A stretch of DNA of 58,777 bases, filler included, from Squatina squatina (lineage: Eukaryota), in NCBI GenBank assembly GCA_031763465.1. It is 3 parts of 3 records of this genome, joined end to end, with 100 filler letters (N's around TTAATTAATTAA, not from the genome) between each part and the next. Parts side by side here need not be neighbours in the genome. Positions count along the whole stretch, not along the records: positions 17,827 to 35,143 come from JARFOE010000233.1; positions 35,244 to 58,777 come from JARFOE010000058.1; 1 more part is not named here. One strand, given 5' to 3'. Shown piece by piece: positions 24,056 through 37,283 of the stretch (positions are counted from its first letter, which is position 1; each line of letters starts with the position of its first letter). The position numbers and the translations under genes were made by a program. A model generated the notes under the pieces. That model saw only the letters and a list, made by a program, of their open reading frames with translations, was not told where the DNA came from and made no database searches.

Positions 24056-26712
24056 AATTGCACATATGATGAGAATAACAAATGCTTGGCATTGACCTAT
24101 GAAGCAAAAATCCTATCTTGGGTTTCAGCTGAGGTATGGAAACCACTCGAATTTCACTCGTTTTTTATGGTATTATCTGTTCTGCTTGACTGCAGTGCTT
24201 CCCTGTAACCGACTGGCAGCTGTCTGTTACCCTGCAATATATTCTGATTTAATAACTCATTTCACATTCCACTTTCAAGTTTGTTAAGCACAGCAAATGG
24301 CTCCACTTGGGGAGCTGAAGGGGAAAAAAGCACAGGAGGGCACCATAAGAGACTGTTTCGATCCGCAAGTAAACTGCACACATCATAATCTGGATTCTCC
24401 AAATGGATTTATACCGAGACTAATATATTATGTAAATACTACATATGCGTTGCTTAGTTCCTATCTTCTGTGTTCTCTCTGGTGAAAGCCAAGAGCTCAC
24501 TGTGCCTAATATTAGTTATGGACAGTTAGGTCATGAGAGCAATAGAAACCTTAGCATGTGTCAATATATGATAATCACACACATGTCTATCAGCCATTGT
24601 AAATGCTATAATTCTATAATGATCTCTTAAAGGAGATCTGACTCTATTTAAATTGTGAAGTTACAGTAATTTAATCCCCAAAGACAAGAACAAGGAGAAA
24701 TTTGGGCTTTTTACCCTTGAAAGGAAGCATCAGAGAGATCTGATAGAGGGATTTACAAGACTGTAAATGGCCTGTAAAAGGGACGCCCAAAAATGTACTT
24801 TAAATTGTGAGAGTAAAGATGGTTTAAACTGATAAGGGGCAGATTTAGGAATGATATCAGGATGTTTTTCTTCACACAAACATATGGAATGGGGTCCTGC
24901 AAACAGCAGAGGCAAAATTATTCCATAATAGTTAGATGGATGGGGTGGGGTGGGGAAACCCAATTTGCTTGCACATATGGGAAGGTTATTTTCAGAGATA
25001 CATTTAGGGACTCAAGGTGGGAGAAGTTAATTGCTATGGAGTTGGATTTGTTTATCTCTAACCGAAAGAATGCTTTCAGAAAGAGACTGGTGTAGTAGAG
25101 ATGGATGCACACTTCAGAGATGAGTGAAATTACTGAAGGGAATGACCAGCATTATCAAGTAGGCCAAAAGAAATGCCTGGTGGGCTGGTTCAGAGTAAGT
25201 ACAGTGGGGTTGTTATGCAATGTTAATTGAGCCCCAGTGTACGCAATAGGTCACATAATTAGAGCAGTAATGGTGGGGGAATTTCAACTACCCTAATATT
25301 AACTGGGATGGAAATAGTGTGNNNNNNNNNNNNNNNNNNNNNNNNNNNNNNNNNNNNNNNNNNNNNNNNNNNNNNNNNNNNNNNNNNNNNNNNNNNNNNN
25401 NNNNNNNNNNNNNNNNNNNNNAGGAATTAGCAAGTGCTTTTGTAAGTGCGGCACTTAAATTTATAAACAGAAAATCTAAAACCAAGTACTAATTGTTAAT
25501 AATCAATAGTCTACGGCTTGAGTTCAAGATCTATCACACTTCACGTGTACAATACTTTTGATCAAAACTGCATTATCTTCAACTGATGAAACATATGCCA
25601 ATAATGAAATTGAGCTGCCTTACAAACAATGCATTATAATCCTTATGTGCATGTGGTAAACTATACAAGCCCTGGGTCTAGTTAATGATAATTAAAAGAT
25701 CTGCGTGCTTTTGTAATGCTGAACTGAAAGAGGAAATGCAGGTAAGAAATGAAGAATGAAAAACAAAGTGANNNNNNNNNNGCATCTCATAAATGTGAGT
25801 TTAAATTTAGATGCATGTAAAAACACAAAAACTATATGTAAAGTATGGATCCAGTTACAACATTTTTTATATGGCATGAATTCTCAATATACAACATTAA
25901 GATATTTCTGCTAACTGCATTTTTAACAGAAAAACTAGTCATTCTGTACACAATGCACAAAGGCAGATGATTTCTTTATGAGCCATGGATAAATACAAAG
26001 AATAAGACATGAGTTTTAATCCTTACTTCATGGCACAAAAATTTGACAATTTCCATTGTGACCAAGGACAATTAATCTGTAATATTCTGACAAGCTGGCA
26101 AGACAAAGTGAATGATGTTGCAACATAGCATCTATTAACATAATAGATGTGAAGTGATATTAAATTAAACTGCAAAGCCTTATTTTTATGAGATCAGTAA
26201 AATAGTTAACTGACTAGTTTTGAAGTCACGTTACACACACATCTGTGATCTTTACTTTTTTTAGTTTTATGATATCCATCTGTAATTTTAGTTTTTTTTT
26301 AAAAGCTTTAGGATACTTAAATTAACCAAGCACAAAATTGATATGTAACTGCTTTAAAATGCTCACACCAATCATGGATCCCACACAATGGATTATGCAA
26401 ATTTAAAATATCTCTTACTTCAACCCTCAACACATGACCACTAGCACAACTCTCTCCAAAGCTGCAACATAGGCTAATTAAGTTTAATACATCTAAATAA
26501 TACTCCTACATTTAGTTTTACTGATAAACAAGAGTATTGCAAAATTAAAATTTTCTACTTTTGGCACCTATTGTTCACATCAAACAGTCCTCAACTCAGG
26601 CACAGATGTGAAGTAAAGCTTTGTTTTCATTGTCACAACAACATGCCTTAACAGTGCTCACAAGAGCATCCCACTGCTACACTCGCATAGAATTTCCACT
26701 TTGTATTCCATT

Positions 26713-26860
26713 CATTGTTATGGCCTTAATGTTATGGGTAGTTTTAACGTTCGTTCTCACGTCCACTAGGAACTGGATCTAAATTGCATTGTTATGGCCT
26801 TAGTGTTATGGGTAGTTTTAACATTCGGTCTCATGTCTACTAGGAACTGGATCTAAATTG
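26713..26860. repeat. Direct tandem duplication, 2 x 74 bp
   Basis: cattgttatggcctta.tgttatgggtagttttaac.ttcg.tctca.gtc.actaggaactggatctaaattg occurs twice back to back with about 5 substitutions. Confidence 0.92.
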
Positions 26861-27949
26861 TCCAAATTCATTTCACTTTCATCCTGTCAGCCTGGAATTG
26901 ATTTAAACCCAAGTCCCAGAGAAGAACAACACTTTAACCAATTATGGCACTCATTTTAGTGAAAGAATATTGTAACAATAATGCAATTTGGAATACCAGA
27001 GGTTTGTTGCACACTTTAAAAGCTTCTGCAAGGATAAATGCCTCACTCAGCCTGCACTGTGTGCTTATTCAGCAGCAGAGCCATTTAATGTTTCAAACCC
27101 TCCTGAATTCTACATGTCACTTAACTTGATAACAACCTGCCATTATATTACAGACAACCTTACCAATGGTTGCATTTTCAAAATCATTTGTACCAATGTT
27201 CAAAACATGACATCATGATCGTGCAACATAAAATCAGTAATATCCTTTGTCCTATATCATATCCCACTACTTTAGTACAGCACTGGAAACACCAGTCCAC
27301 TGAATTGCACAAAAGTGAGAAAATTAAGTTTAAAAAAAATACACACACATTATAACTAAGAAGGCATCCTAAACTAAACTGAAGGTGGTAATCTAATCTT
27401 AGTTTCAATGATGTTCAGAATGCACTGAAGATTAATTTATGACATCACCTGAACCACTCAACTGAATTACAACCATCTNNNNNNNNNNGACGTTATGGAC
27501 GCCATCCAACACCCGACAGCAAATTTCTAGTGCTCCTGTGAACCAACATCCAAATCGCCTGTCTACTAGTGACCGAGAAGAACTTCCTTGGTATTGGACA
27601 AAACTGCAGAAGCGGAAGGATACCTCTCAAAACAAATTAAAAAGATAATGAAAATTATGAAATTGGTATGGATAGCACAACAACTGGGAAAATTGAGCCA
27701 TGTTGCTAGAGAGCTGGATAAGGTGATGAAAGCCATCACATTGTTTAGTGCCAGTTACAGCAGGCACTGAAAAAGGAATGGGGGAGGTGGAAGGAAGGGT
27801 TTCTGCCCTTGAGTATTAAAATACAACAATGCTATAACAAAATAATGAATCCCTGCTGGGAAAAATAGATGACCAAGTATCAGTGTCATCAGAAAAACAT
27901 TCAAGTCTCAGATCTGCCAGCAAAACAGCAGGGAATGTATGATCAGTAC

Positions 27950-28336
27950 ACATGTAGATGAAGAAAAGAAAGGGGCCAAGGGTAGATCTTTGGGGGATTC
28001 CAGAGGAAACAGTGCGGTGGCATGAGAATAAACCATTGCTGGAGATGCTCTGGCAATGATCAGATGGGCAAGAGTGAAACCAAGTAAGGGCAGTCCCACT
28101 GAGCAAGACAAGAGAAACATTGGAGGAGGAGGATGGCATGGTCGACCATACTGAAGGCTGTGGATAGATTAAGGAGGGATAATGCACCACGGTCACAGTC
28201 ACAAAGGATGTCATGTGACTTTGTTTAGTTGCTTCAGTACTATGGCGGGGTGGATACCTGATTGGAGAGATTCAAACATTGAGTTATGGGAAACATGAGC
28301 ATGAATTTGGAGGTGACAACGTATTCAAGGACTTTA
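27950..28336 (-). mobile_element. L2 LINE reverse-transcriptase fragment
   Basis: Minus ORF LSGTALTWFHSCPSDHCQSISSNGLFSCHRTVSSGIPQRSTLGPFLFFIYM contains the RT motif G.PQGS.LGP.LF.IY. Confidence 0.8.
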
Positions 28337-28437
28337 NNNNNNNNNNNNNNNNNNNNNNNNNNNNNNNNNNNNNNNNNNNNNNNNNNNNNNNNNNNNNNNN
28401 NNNNNNNNNNNNNNNNNNNNNNNNNNNNNNNNNNNNA

Positions 28438-29041
28438 GGCAGTCCCTCGTGGTTGAGGATGACTTGTTTCCACTCTGGAGTTGTGGGTTCTGAGGTGGCT
28501 GAAAAGTCCAATACGGGATCCACAATCTCGACCACAGGTGGGGCAGTAGGTGTTTGATGGGGCGAGTGGGTGGGATGCTTGGGCTTCTGCGCACTCCTTC
28601 CACTGCCTGCGCTTGACCTCCACGTGCTCCCGCCAGAGAAGCTCGAAGTGGTTGGCTCCTTTGTGGATGCTTTTCCCCCAGTTCAAGCAATCTTGGGCCA
28701 GAGATTCCCATGAGTTGGTGGGGATGTTGCATTTTTTTCAGGGAGGCTTTGAGGATATCCTTGAAGCATTTGCTTTTCCCTCCGGGAAGTCNNNNNNNNN
28801 NCACTTGCTGTGTTGGAGCTCAGAAGATAGTGCTTGAATCAGGCATGCGGACGATGTGACCCGCCCATCGCAGCTGGTTGAGCGTGACCAGTGCGTCAAT
28901 GCTGGAGATGTTGGTGCGTTTATCCTGCCAATGGATTTGTAGGATTTTGCGGAGGCAACATTGGTGGTATTTCTCCAGTGCTTTGAGGTGCCTGCTGTAC
29001 AATGACCATGTCTCCGTTGCATACAGGAGGGCGGGTATCAC
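28438..29041 (-). mobile_element. RTE-clade LINE, 3' end of ORF
   Basis: VIPALLYATETWSLYSRHLKALEKYHQCCLRKILQIHWQD...QLRWAGHIVRMPD plus a terminal C2H2 CPTCGRDCGSRIGLFSHLRTH, typical of RTE-type elements. It is frameshifted. Confidence 0.85.
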
Positions 29042-30368
29042 NNNNNNNNNNNNNNNNNNNNNNNNNNNNNNNNNNNNNNNNNNNNNNNNNNNNNNNNNNN
29101 NNNNNNNNNNNNNNNNNNNNNNNNNNNNNNNNNNNNNNNNNGATAGCAAATTGAACCATTAAATTTAGGGTAAATATTAACTATACACAAATACTGTCAG
29201 CTTTCCAGTCCTAATATTTGATATATACAGTGGGAAGGTGCCATTCATAAATATACTGTCAGCTCAGTATACCAATACAGGGATAGGACGTGTGTGGGGA
29301 ATTCAAAACTACCATAAATTATAATTACTTTTATACTGCTCTAGATTTCAGTCACAGAAAACCTAAAGTTTGGAGGACCACTCTAGGCTGTCCCAATTTT
29401 TATTCCAGAAATAAATGTTCCATGGCACAAAATTCACTCATATTTCTGTAATAGTCATTGTGATGTAAAAAAAAGTTACATCCTTGTAAAGATAGGATCT
29501 GAGTATTTTGATACCTGAAAGTGTTAATGCCAACTCTGATTTGTTTCCAAATTTCTGGACTTTCACTGGAGTATAGCCACAGCAACATTGTTTGAGGTTT
29601 GCATCATACCAGTCAGACGTTTTTCATTTACCAGTCTGGTTGGTTTCCAGTAAACATTTCAAGTCAAAACTCCAGACAAATACTTTACTAGGAAACCTGA
29701 ATTTAAAGAGCTGCATATATCTCATCAAGGCAAAGGCACGTGACTGTGGTTCCATTCTTATGTGCAGCTACCATCCATCACTTTTCCCCATTTCAATTGA
29801 TTAGCAATTTAATACTTAACTGAAAATCTCATGACTACAGAAATGTTGTAGCTTCAAAAGTATTTTTCTAAGCAGTCTACGAAGATCAACAGTCTTCTTA
29901 GAGTATGTATTTTGAATCCTGCCCCTAAACCCCTACTGAAAAGAATTGAGAGAAATCACATTGCAAATGGTCACTTGATTTTTTTTTAAACCTTTTCAGT
30001 AAGCCATGAAGACAGCCGCCATCAGTTGGTGCATATTTCTGTAATAGCGGAGAACAGATAAAAGTAGACAAAATTGGGGAAGTAAACCAGCATAATGAAA
30101 ATACCAAGCTGGAGTTTCAGCCAAATCAGACCTCATAAACAGTCAAGTAAAACTTGAAAAGTCAGCCAAACCACTACTATAGGAACATATGTCCACAAAG
30201 CATTCTGCTCACCGAATGGGAACTGCAGACCCATTAGAATTTTAATGAAATCTCTGTTATCTTTGACANNNNNNNNNNNNNNNNNNNNNNNNNNNNNNNN
30301 NNNNNNNNNNNNNNNNNNNNNNNNNNNNNNNNNNNNNNNNNNNNNNNNNNNNNNNNNNNNNNNNNNNN

Positions 30369-30640
30369 CACTGAAGCCACACTAGTCACAGTCACAAACA
30401 ACATTCTGTGTGACTGAGACTGTGGCTTATTGCCCCTCTCAAATACTTCATCCTCCTGCAATTTCTCTCCTTCACAGTCCACCTCCATGACACTTCTTTC
30501 TCATGATTGCATTCCTACTTGTGGCAGATTTAGTACATTGTCTCTAACAATATTTCCTCCCATGCCTGCATTTCCTGCTGCATCTCAGGGCTCCATCCTC
30601 AGTGTCCTGCTCTTTATCATTTATATGCTTCCCTGCAACA
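30369..30640 (+). mobile_element. Old L2 RT fragment
   Basis: ASQGSILSVLLFIIYMLP motif in ORF 30430-30693, preceded by cactgaagccacactagtcacagtcacaaacaacatt (STETAL.KV.ND-like). Confidence 0.6.
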
Positions 30641-31194
30641 ACATAAGGGCTAATTCTGCTGTGGTGGAAAATGGGCGGCAGCAGATCAGCTGACCGTTAT
30701 ACACCCCATCTGATTTTCCAGCCACTGAAGCTTAAACCCATGACCTAACTCAGAGGTGAGGATGCTAGAACTGAGCCAAGGCTAGTGCCTTGTTGGAAAT
30801 TGCCAGTTTTTCTTTTTTTTAAAAAAAATCCTTTTATTAGCAGCTGCACAATGGCAAAATAATTTGTCTCACTCTTCCTCTGTGCTTCATACTCGTCCTA
30901 TCTGCCTCTCAAGCATTCAATAATTCTCAACAGCTTTGAAGTGAAGACCATTTATCCATGTTCTCGAAACGTTTGGAGCAATTTGATTCATTGGTTTGTT
31001 TCTGCTACTTGCAATTTCGGGTTTAGTAGCTTCAAAAAAATGCAGCATTTTGATTGGTCAATTTTCTGTGTTCTTATTGATAGTTACTAACTGAATTGAA
31101 TTACTTTTGATTAGTTCTTGTTTCATTAATTGGATATTTGATTGGTAATTTTTAGCACATTTCAACAAATCACTAATTTTGCCCTATAATTTTG

Positions 31195-31499
31195 CCAGTT
31201 GAGATGTTAAAGCAAGGCCCTGTCTGTCCTCTCAGGTGGATGTGAAAGATCCCAAGACCCTATTTCAAAGAAGAGCATGGGAGTTATCCCTGGTGCCCTG
31301 GCCTGTATTTAAACCCTCAACCAAAACTATTGAAGCAGATTATCTGATCATTGTCACATTACTGTTTGTGGGACCTTGCTGTCCGTTACTTACGTTATAA
31401 CAGTGACTACACTTCAAAAAAAGTACTTTATTGACTGTAAAGCGCTTTGGGATGTCCTGAGGTTGTGAAATGTGCTATATAATGCAAGTTCTTTCTTTA
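31195..31499 (+). mobile_element. Deu-domain SINE, 3' two-thirds
   Basis: ggccctgtctgtcctctcaggtggatgtgaaagatccc...ctgtttgtgggaccttgctgt...gtgactacacttcaaaa...aagcgctttgggatgtcctgagg. Confidence 0.75.
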
Positions 31500-32365
31500 T
31501 GGACATGTGATACATTGAGCTGTTATATGCTGAGGTGGGGCACTTCAGGTGTGACGCCTTTGACAAGATGCAATGAATGGTAATCAAATGGATAACTTTT
31601 AATTAGAGATTATTTGCAAATTAGAGCTTCACTATAGCAACCTTTAGGAGAGAGCTGAGAAACCTCAGAAAATGGCTTTTGAAAGATTATTGGAAAAAAT
31701 GAAAAGGGTGAAATCAGCTCGAATCAGATTATTTGGAGAAAGGAAAAAAGAATTGGTATTTTATAAGCAAATATGAGAAGCAAATGAGGACACAGATGGG
31801 GAGGAACAAGAGTAGAGTTTGAGGCAACACACACCATCAGTGGGAACGCAAACTCAAAATTCACTTAAAGTTATCTAAGAAGTATAGATTACATAGCTAG
31901 TTATAAACAGTCACCATTGATACTCTTGATGAAACAAAGTGCTGGGGATGTGGAACTTTCTGAGTAACTAACTTGGTTATGTTGTTAGTTGTTAAAGTGC
32001 TGAATAANNNNNNNNNNNNNNNNNNNNNNNNNNNNNNNNNNNNNNNNNNNNNNNNNNNNNNNNNNNNNNNNNNNNNNNNNNNNNNNNNNNNNNNNNNNNN
32101 NNNNNNNTTTAAATAATCTTTTATTTAAAAATTTAGTTAATACAATTTATTTTTCTGTGCTACAAAATAAGAACTAAGTGTTTTAATAATAATGGATGCT
32201 TGGGAGTGAGATACTATGCTGCAATCTAGTTGAAATATTTACATGACTGCATAAATTCTGAGATTAAGTTTTCAAATGTAATCCCTAGTTAAAAATGCTT
32301 TACTTAAATGCAGTTTTGGAACATCTTTGGCTCTGAACAACACTCCAGATCCTAGGCATTGGGAT

Positions 32366-32960
32366 AAACATAAGAACATAAGCTATAGGAGCAGGAGTAG
32401 ACCATTCAGCCCTTCGAGCCTGCTCCGCCATCAAATAAGATCATGGCTGATCTGATTCTGCCCTCAACTCCACTTTCCTGCCTGTTCCCATTATCCTTTG
32501 ACTCCCTTGCTGATCAAAAATCTGTATCTCAGCCTTGAATATTTTCAATGACTCAGCCTCCACAGCTCTCTGGAGTAAAGAATTCCAAAGATTTACAGCC
32601 CTCATCTCCGTTTTAAATGGGGGACCCCTTATTCCGAGACTATGCCCCCTAGTTCTAAATTCCCCCACGAGGCGAAATATCCTCACAGCATTTACCCTGT
32701 CAAGCTCCCTCAGGATCTTATATGTTTCAATAAGATCACCTCTTCTAAACTCCAATAGGCCTAAACTGCTCAACCTTTCCTCATAAGACAACACTTCCAT
32801 ACCCGGAATCAACCTAGTGAACCTTCTCTGAACTGTCTCCAATGCAAGCATATCCTTCCTTAAATAAGGAGACCAAAACTGTACATAGTACTCTAGGTGT
32901 GGTCTCACCAGTGCCCTGTGCAGTTGTAGCAAGACTTCCCCACTTTTATACTCCCTGCCT
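32366..32960 (-). mobile_element. CR1 LINE 3' end, relatively well preserved
   Basis: 163-aa ORF MLQLHRALVRPHLEYYVQFWSPYLRKDMLALETVQRRFTRLIPG...GDLIETYKIL...LWNSL, plus the (aacataag)n tail. Confidence 0.92.
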
Positions 32961-34889
32961 GGAACAGGCCACCATCAGAGGCGACCGTGCAGGGGCCTCT
33001 TGGAAAATGGCATTGTGCAGGAATGGAGCCCTAAGTGTATCCTCACGTTTCAAGGTGCTACCACTCCGTTACCGCCGGGCAGAGGTCGTTAAAATCAACC
33101 CCTCCCTTTGCCTCTCTACAGCCTTGCGGTTAATTAGTCCTTCCCATTTTATTCACTTCATGCAGCATTTCATGCTGTCCAAAAATCCAGTTTCTTAATA
33201 GTTTTTGTTTTGTTCTCATTAAAATTAATATTTTTCTGACCACTTGACCCTAAACGTTTATTTCCTGCAACTTGTCTGATTACTGGCTCCTCAGTGGTTC
33301 ATTGCCAGTCCACCTTCCCTTCCCCCTTGTGGGTTTCCTTGCCCGCTGTTTAAGAAAAGATTCCTGAAGTACTAAAACAAACAACCTTGCACATACAGAC
33401 AGTCCCCAGTGTAAGTCTCAGTCTGTGTCGGGAAGATTAAAATCTCCTGTTGCAACTGACGCTTCAGTACTCATTTTCCCTGCTCGCCCACAGTGGTCCA
33501 ACCTCCTTCCTTTTATTTACTGGTACCTTGGAACAGATTCCTACCACTAATTCTTTTCCCCTTCCTATCTTCCAGCTCCACCCAAACAGACTCTGTAAAT
33601 TCCCAGTTCCTTTCCCTNNNNNNNNNNNNNNNNNNNNNNNNNNNNNNNNNNNNNNNNNNNNNNNNNNNNNNNNNNNNNNNNNNNNNNNNNNNNNNNNNNN
33701 NNNNNNNNNNNNNNNNNGACTCAGCCTCCACAGCTCTCTGTGGCAAGGAATTCCAAAGACTCACAACCCTCTTAGAGAGACGTTCTTCCTCATCTCAGTC
33801 TTAAATGGGCGCCTCCTTATAACCTCTGCCCTGTATTTTTTTAGCATTCCACCCTATCACAGATCTTTCCTTTTGTCCTCCACTCCCACCTTCCCTTTCA
33901 TCACACTGGTAATGTCCAAATTTGGCCTGGTGTTTGCTGTAAATCAATTCCTTGCACAGAATGAAATGATAAAACCAGGCTGTTCTCTGTTAATGTGCTC
34001 CAGCTTGCCTTGCAGTGATGGTGGTGTTGATTTTTCCTAATGTTTTCGTTCTCTTGCATAGCTCCTCATGCTCAAACTTATTACTGGCTTTGCTTTTTCA
34101 CCATCTGTGTTTGTGCAGATGTTTGAAGCTGGTCCTGCCTTTGGGCCTCATAACAAAGTAGCTGATTCACCTCAATTGAAGACAGGTTTCTGCATCGATC
34201 TCCCTCAAAGAACAACCTATTTGCACTTCAGGCAACTAAACCTGCTGCCAAGAGATCCCAGCATCGGTTCTATACACATCAGGTGATTTTTATCTGCGAA
34301 TCTGAGCCACATAAATTCAACCTGGGTTTATCTTCAGGGCAAACGGATCATGATGAATTCAATTTTAAATAGCCTTGAGCTGACAGGAAAACTACATTTG
34401 GAGCACACAGTGAAACAAAGGTCCAGTTATTCAGACCAAAGCCTGATGTTTGGAAGAGAGCTTTACAGTAATTGTTTATATTCCTCAAAAGAAAAGACTC
34501 TTAAACAGTTGTGTAAAGAAAAAAAGGTTGAAATTTATTGTAGTAAAACGTTTTTTTTGAATAAAGTATCATTTTATAGGGATTTCGAGCACTGTGTTTG
34601 GTTCTGAAAACTGAGGTTAAATCCCACCCAGACAAATGGACTGAAAACACTTCTCTGTCGAAAGGCTGCTTGAATAGAATGAGCAGGCCCAGTGGGGCTC
34701 CTGATGGACATGAATTTCCACTACACAATTGCTCATTAGTCAGCACTGATTGGTGCTAATTGGCAAACCTCACTCCGAGAAGCATTAAAACCAGATGGGA
34801 TGGGAAACGGATGCAGCCACTGGGCTGTCCAGGAAGCTCTGAGCTGAGGGCTGAAACACGTTCCTGCTGACATGGTTTCAAAGGGCTTG

Positions 34890-35100
34890 TGACTCATTGT
34901 ATCCTGCAGCACCAAAGGATGCCATTCGGCCCATCTTGACAGTGCCAGCTCTTTGAAAGAGTTATCCAATTTGTCCCATTCCCCTACTCTTTACTCAGTT
35001 CCTTGTAAATTTTGAAAGTTACAATTGAATCTGCTTCCACCACCCTTTCAGGGAGTGCCTTCCAGATCCTAACAACTCGGTACATTAAAAAATTCTCCTC
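34890..35100 (-). mobile_element. CR1 3' UTR fragment
   Basis: ggatgccattcggcccatc...gccagctctttgaaagag...ttgaatctgcttccaccaccctttcagg, homologous to 46320-46525 and to the reverse complement of 38430-38775. Confidence 0.7.
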
Positions 35101-35143
35101 AATGAGAGCAGAGCCTAGCACATGAGTGCAAAAGACACGGCTG

Positions 35144-35243
35144 NNNNNNNNNNNNNNNNNNNNNNNNNNNNNNNNNNNNNNNNNNNNTTAATTAATTAAN
35201 NNNNNNNNNNNNNNNNNNNNNNNNNNNNNNNNNNNNNNNNNNN
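35144..35243. other. Artificial scaffold linker N44-TTAATTAATTAA-N44
   Basis: Identical to the linker at 17727-17826. Confidence 0.97.
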
Positions 35244-35460
35244 CCCATCATATCTAATTGTACATTGAATAGTCCCAATGATTTTGCCTCTACCACTCTA
35301 TTCCATTCATTACTTTGAATCAAAATATTTTTCTTTATCTGTTCTAAATTTTGCTTTTCAATAATTTCATTTCTCTCCATATACTGTGAAGTGATAATCT
35401 GGGTTTATTTTACACCATTAATATTGTTGTTTTCATGCCTTTGTGTTCCTTGATCCGCAG

Positions 35461-35525
35461 AGTTTGTTGAGCCAGCTGATAAACTGTTTGAGTCAGAGGA
35501 AGAATTTGAAATCCTGAACGTCTAA
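35461..35525 (+). CDS. ATG4A: ATG4A (autophagy cysteine protease) last coding exon with C-terminal LIR
   Basis: Pyrimidine tract and ccgcag acceptor, phase 1. It translates (E)FVEPADKLFESEEEFEILNV*; human ATG4A ends AEFIDSTEQLEEFDLEEDFEILSV. Linkage to IRS4 favours ATG4A over ATG4B. Confidence 0.82.
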
Positions 35526-37019
35526 AGCACCTGGTTGGACCTCATCCGTGCTTCAAACATTGCTTATGAGTGGCTACAGCAGAGACTGTCGACTGTTTTT
35601 ATCATTCGAGCAGCCTTTTTAACAAGACAAGTGCCTGATTTCATAAGGACAGAAGAAACTTTGCTGTACGGTTGAAGATAATGAAATAACTCCCACTTAA
35701 CGAGCAAGTTGCTTCCAAGTAGTTTACTCCCAACCTCATGTACTTAACTTTCTTTTGAACAAAACAGGAAAAGATGGAAATCTTCCAAAGAATGGAACCT
35801 CTTCATTTTTGGGGATCCAATAGGAGCAAGTGTTACTTAGAAAAATGTTCTTGAGGAGTTGGTGATATGGGGCAGGACAACATTGAGAGAAAATGACTGG
35901 ATTTTAGCTGAAGAGGACCTCTGATGCACAAAGATGGCATTATGTAGTGCTTACTGCACACTTGTGACTGTAAAAAAAAATGTCATGTAAATCGTCTGAA
36001 GCCCATCTTGCTCTTGAACAGATGCAGATTTTCCCCATTTATCTGTTCTTTATCCGCCTGAACTCGGGGATGCAAGTCTCGAATTGTAATTCGAGGCATC
36101 TGTCATTAATGCTGCATTCTNNNNNNNNNNNNNNNNNNNNNNNNNNNNNNNNNNNNNNNNNNNNNNNNNNNNNNNNNNNNNNNNNNNNNNNNNNNNNNNN
36201 NNNNNNNNNNNNNNNNNNNNAGTCGACGCACATAAAGAATAACACTTGCAGAAGATACTGGATGACATCCAGTGTTGATACCCCAGTGTGATTCAGCAGG
36301 ACAGGAGAGAAAACTGGGGAAGGAAAATGAAGCAAAAATAAAGCAGGATTGTTAGCTAATGTTGAAGCACTAAAAGTTCTGCCGTTCTTCCTCAATTCAC
36401 AGTATTATTGTCAAGCTTTGCTTGGCAGCATCACATCCTAAACCTGACCTTTATCAGATACAGCATGTTCCTAAAATTACATGTTTTTTTTTAAACTGTA
36501 AAGGGACAATGAGCCAGACTCTGTGGAACAGAATGCTGAAAAGAGCACAGCAGCAAGGTACAAAGTGTTCTGATTGAGACAGCGTGGCGCATCAGTCACT
36601 GAAATCACTTCACACATTATATCGTCATTGGGAGTTCATCTGGCCTTGTAATATAGCTTTTTCAATGTCAAAAGTTCAGTGCTGAATAGTTCACGGTGAT
36701 CAGAGAGTGATTAATGCTTCAAAGCGTCAATCTTTCAGGCTGTCATATTCTCTGCATCTTGCACGCTGTTCATTCCCTTGGGTGTTCTTGCATTTCCTCC
36801 TTCATTCTGGTTGCTATATTTCACATCCCTTATTCCTTTTCCTATAATTTTATTTTTTTCCAGGATGGTGACAACATTCAGGGCTAAATTTTGCACTTGA
36901 ATAGTGACTGTGCTGCTGTCGAATTGGTGGTATCTTTCAGATGCCATTGCAATGTAACTGTTCTTCACTAATAATGAGGAGCAAAACCGGTATTTCCCCT
37001 CCCCCATCCAGCAGTAACC

Positions 37020-37139
37020 AGCCACCTTGTGAATCTGTGCTGTATCCCTCCATGGCCAATATATCTTTCCTGAGGTTCGCTGCCCAAAGCTGAGCGCAGT
37101 ACTTCAGATGGGGTCTAATCAATACTCTGTACAACTGAA
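37020..37139 (-). mobile_element. CR1 fragment
   Basis: QLYRVLIRPHLKYCAQLWAANLRKDILAMEG. Confidence 0.75.
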
Positions 37140-37283
37140 NNNNNNNNNNNNNNNNNNNNNNNNNNNNNNNNNNNNNNNNNNNNNNNNNNNNNNNNNNNNN
37201 NNNNNNNNNNNNNNNNNNNNNNNNNNNNNNNNNNNNNNNNNNNNNNNNNNNNNNNNNNNNNNNNNNNNNNNNNNNNNNNNNNN

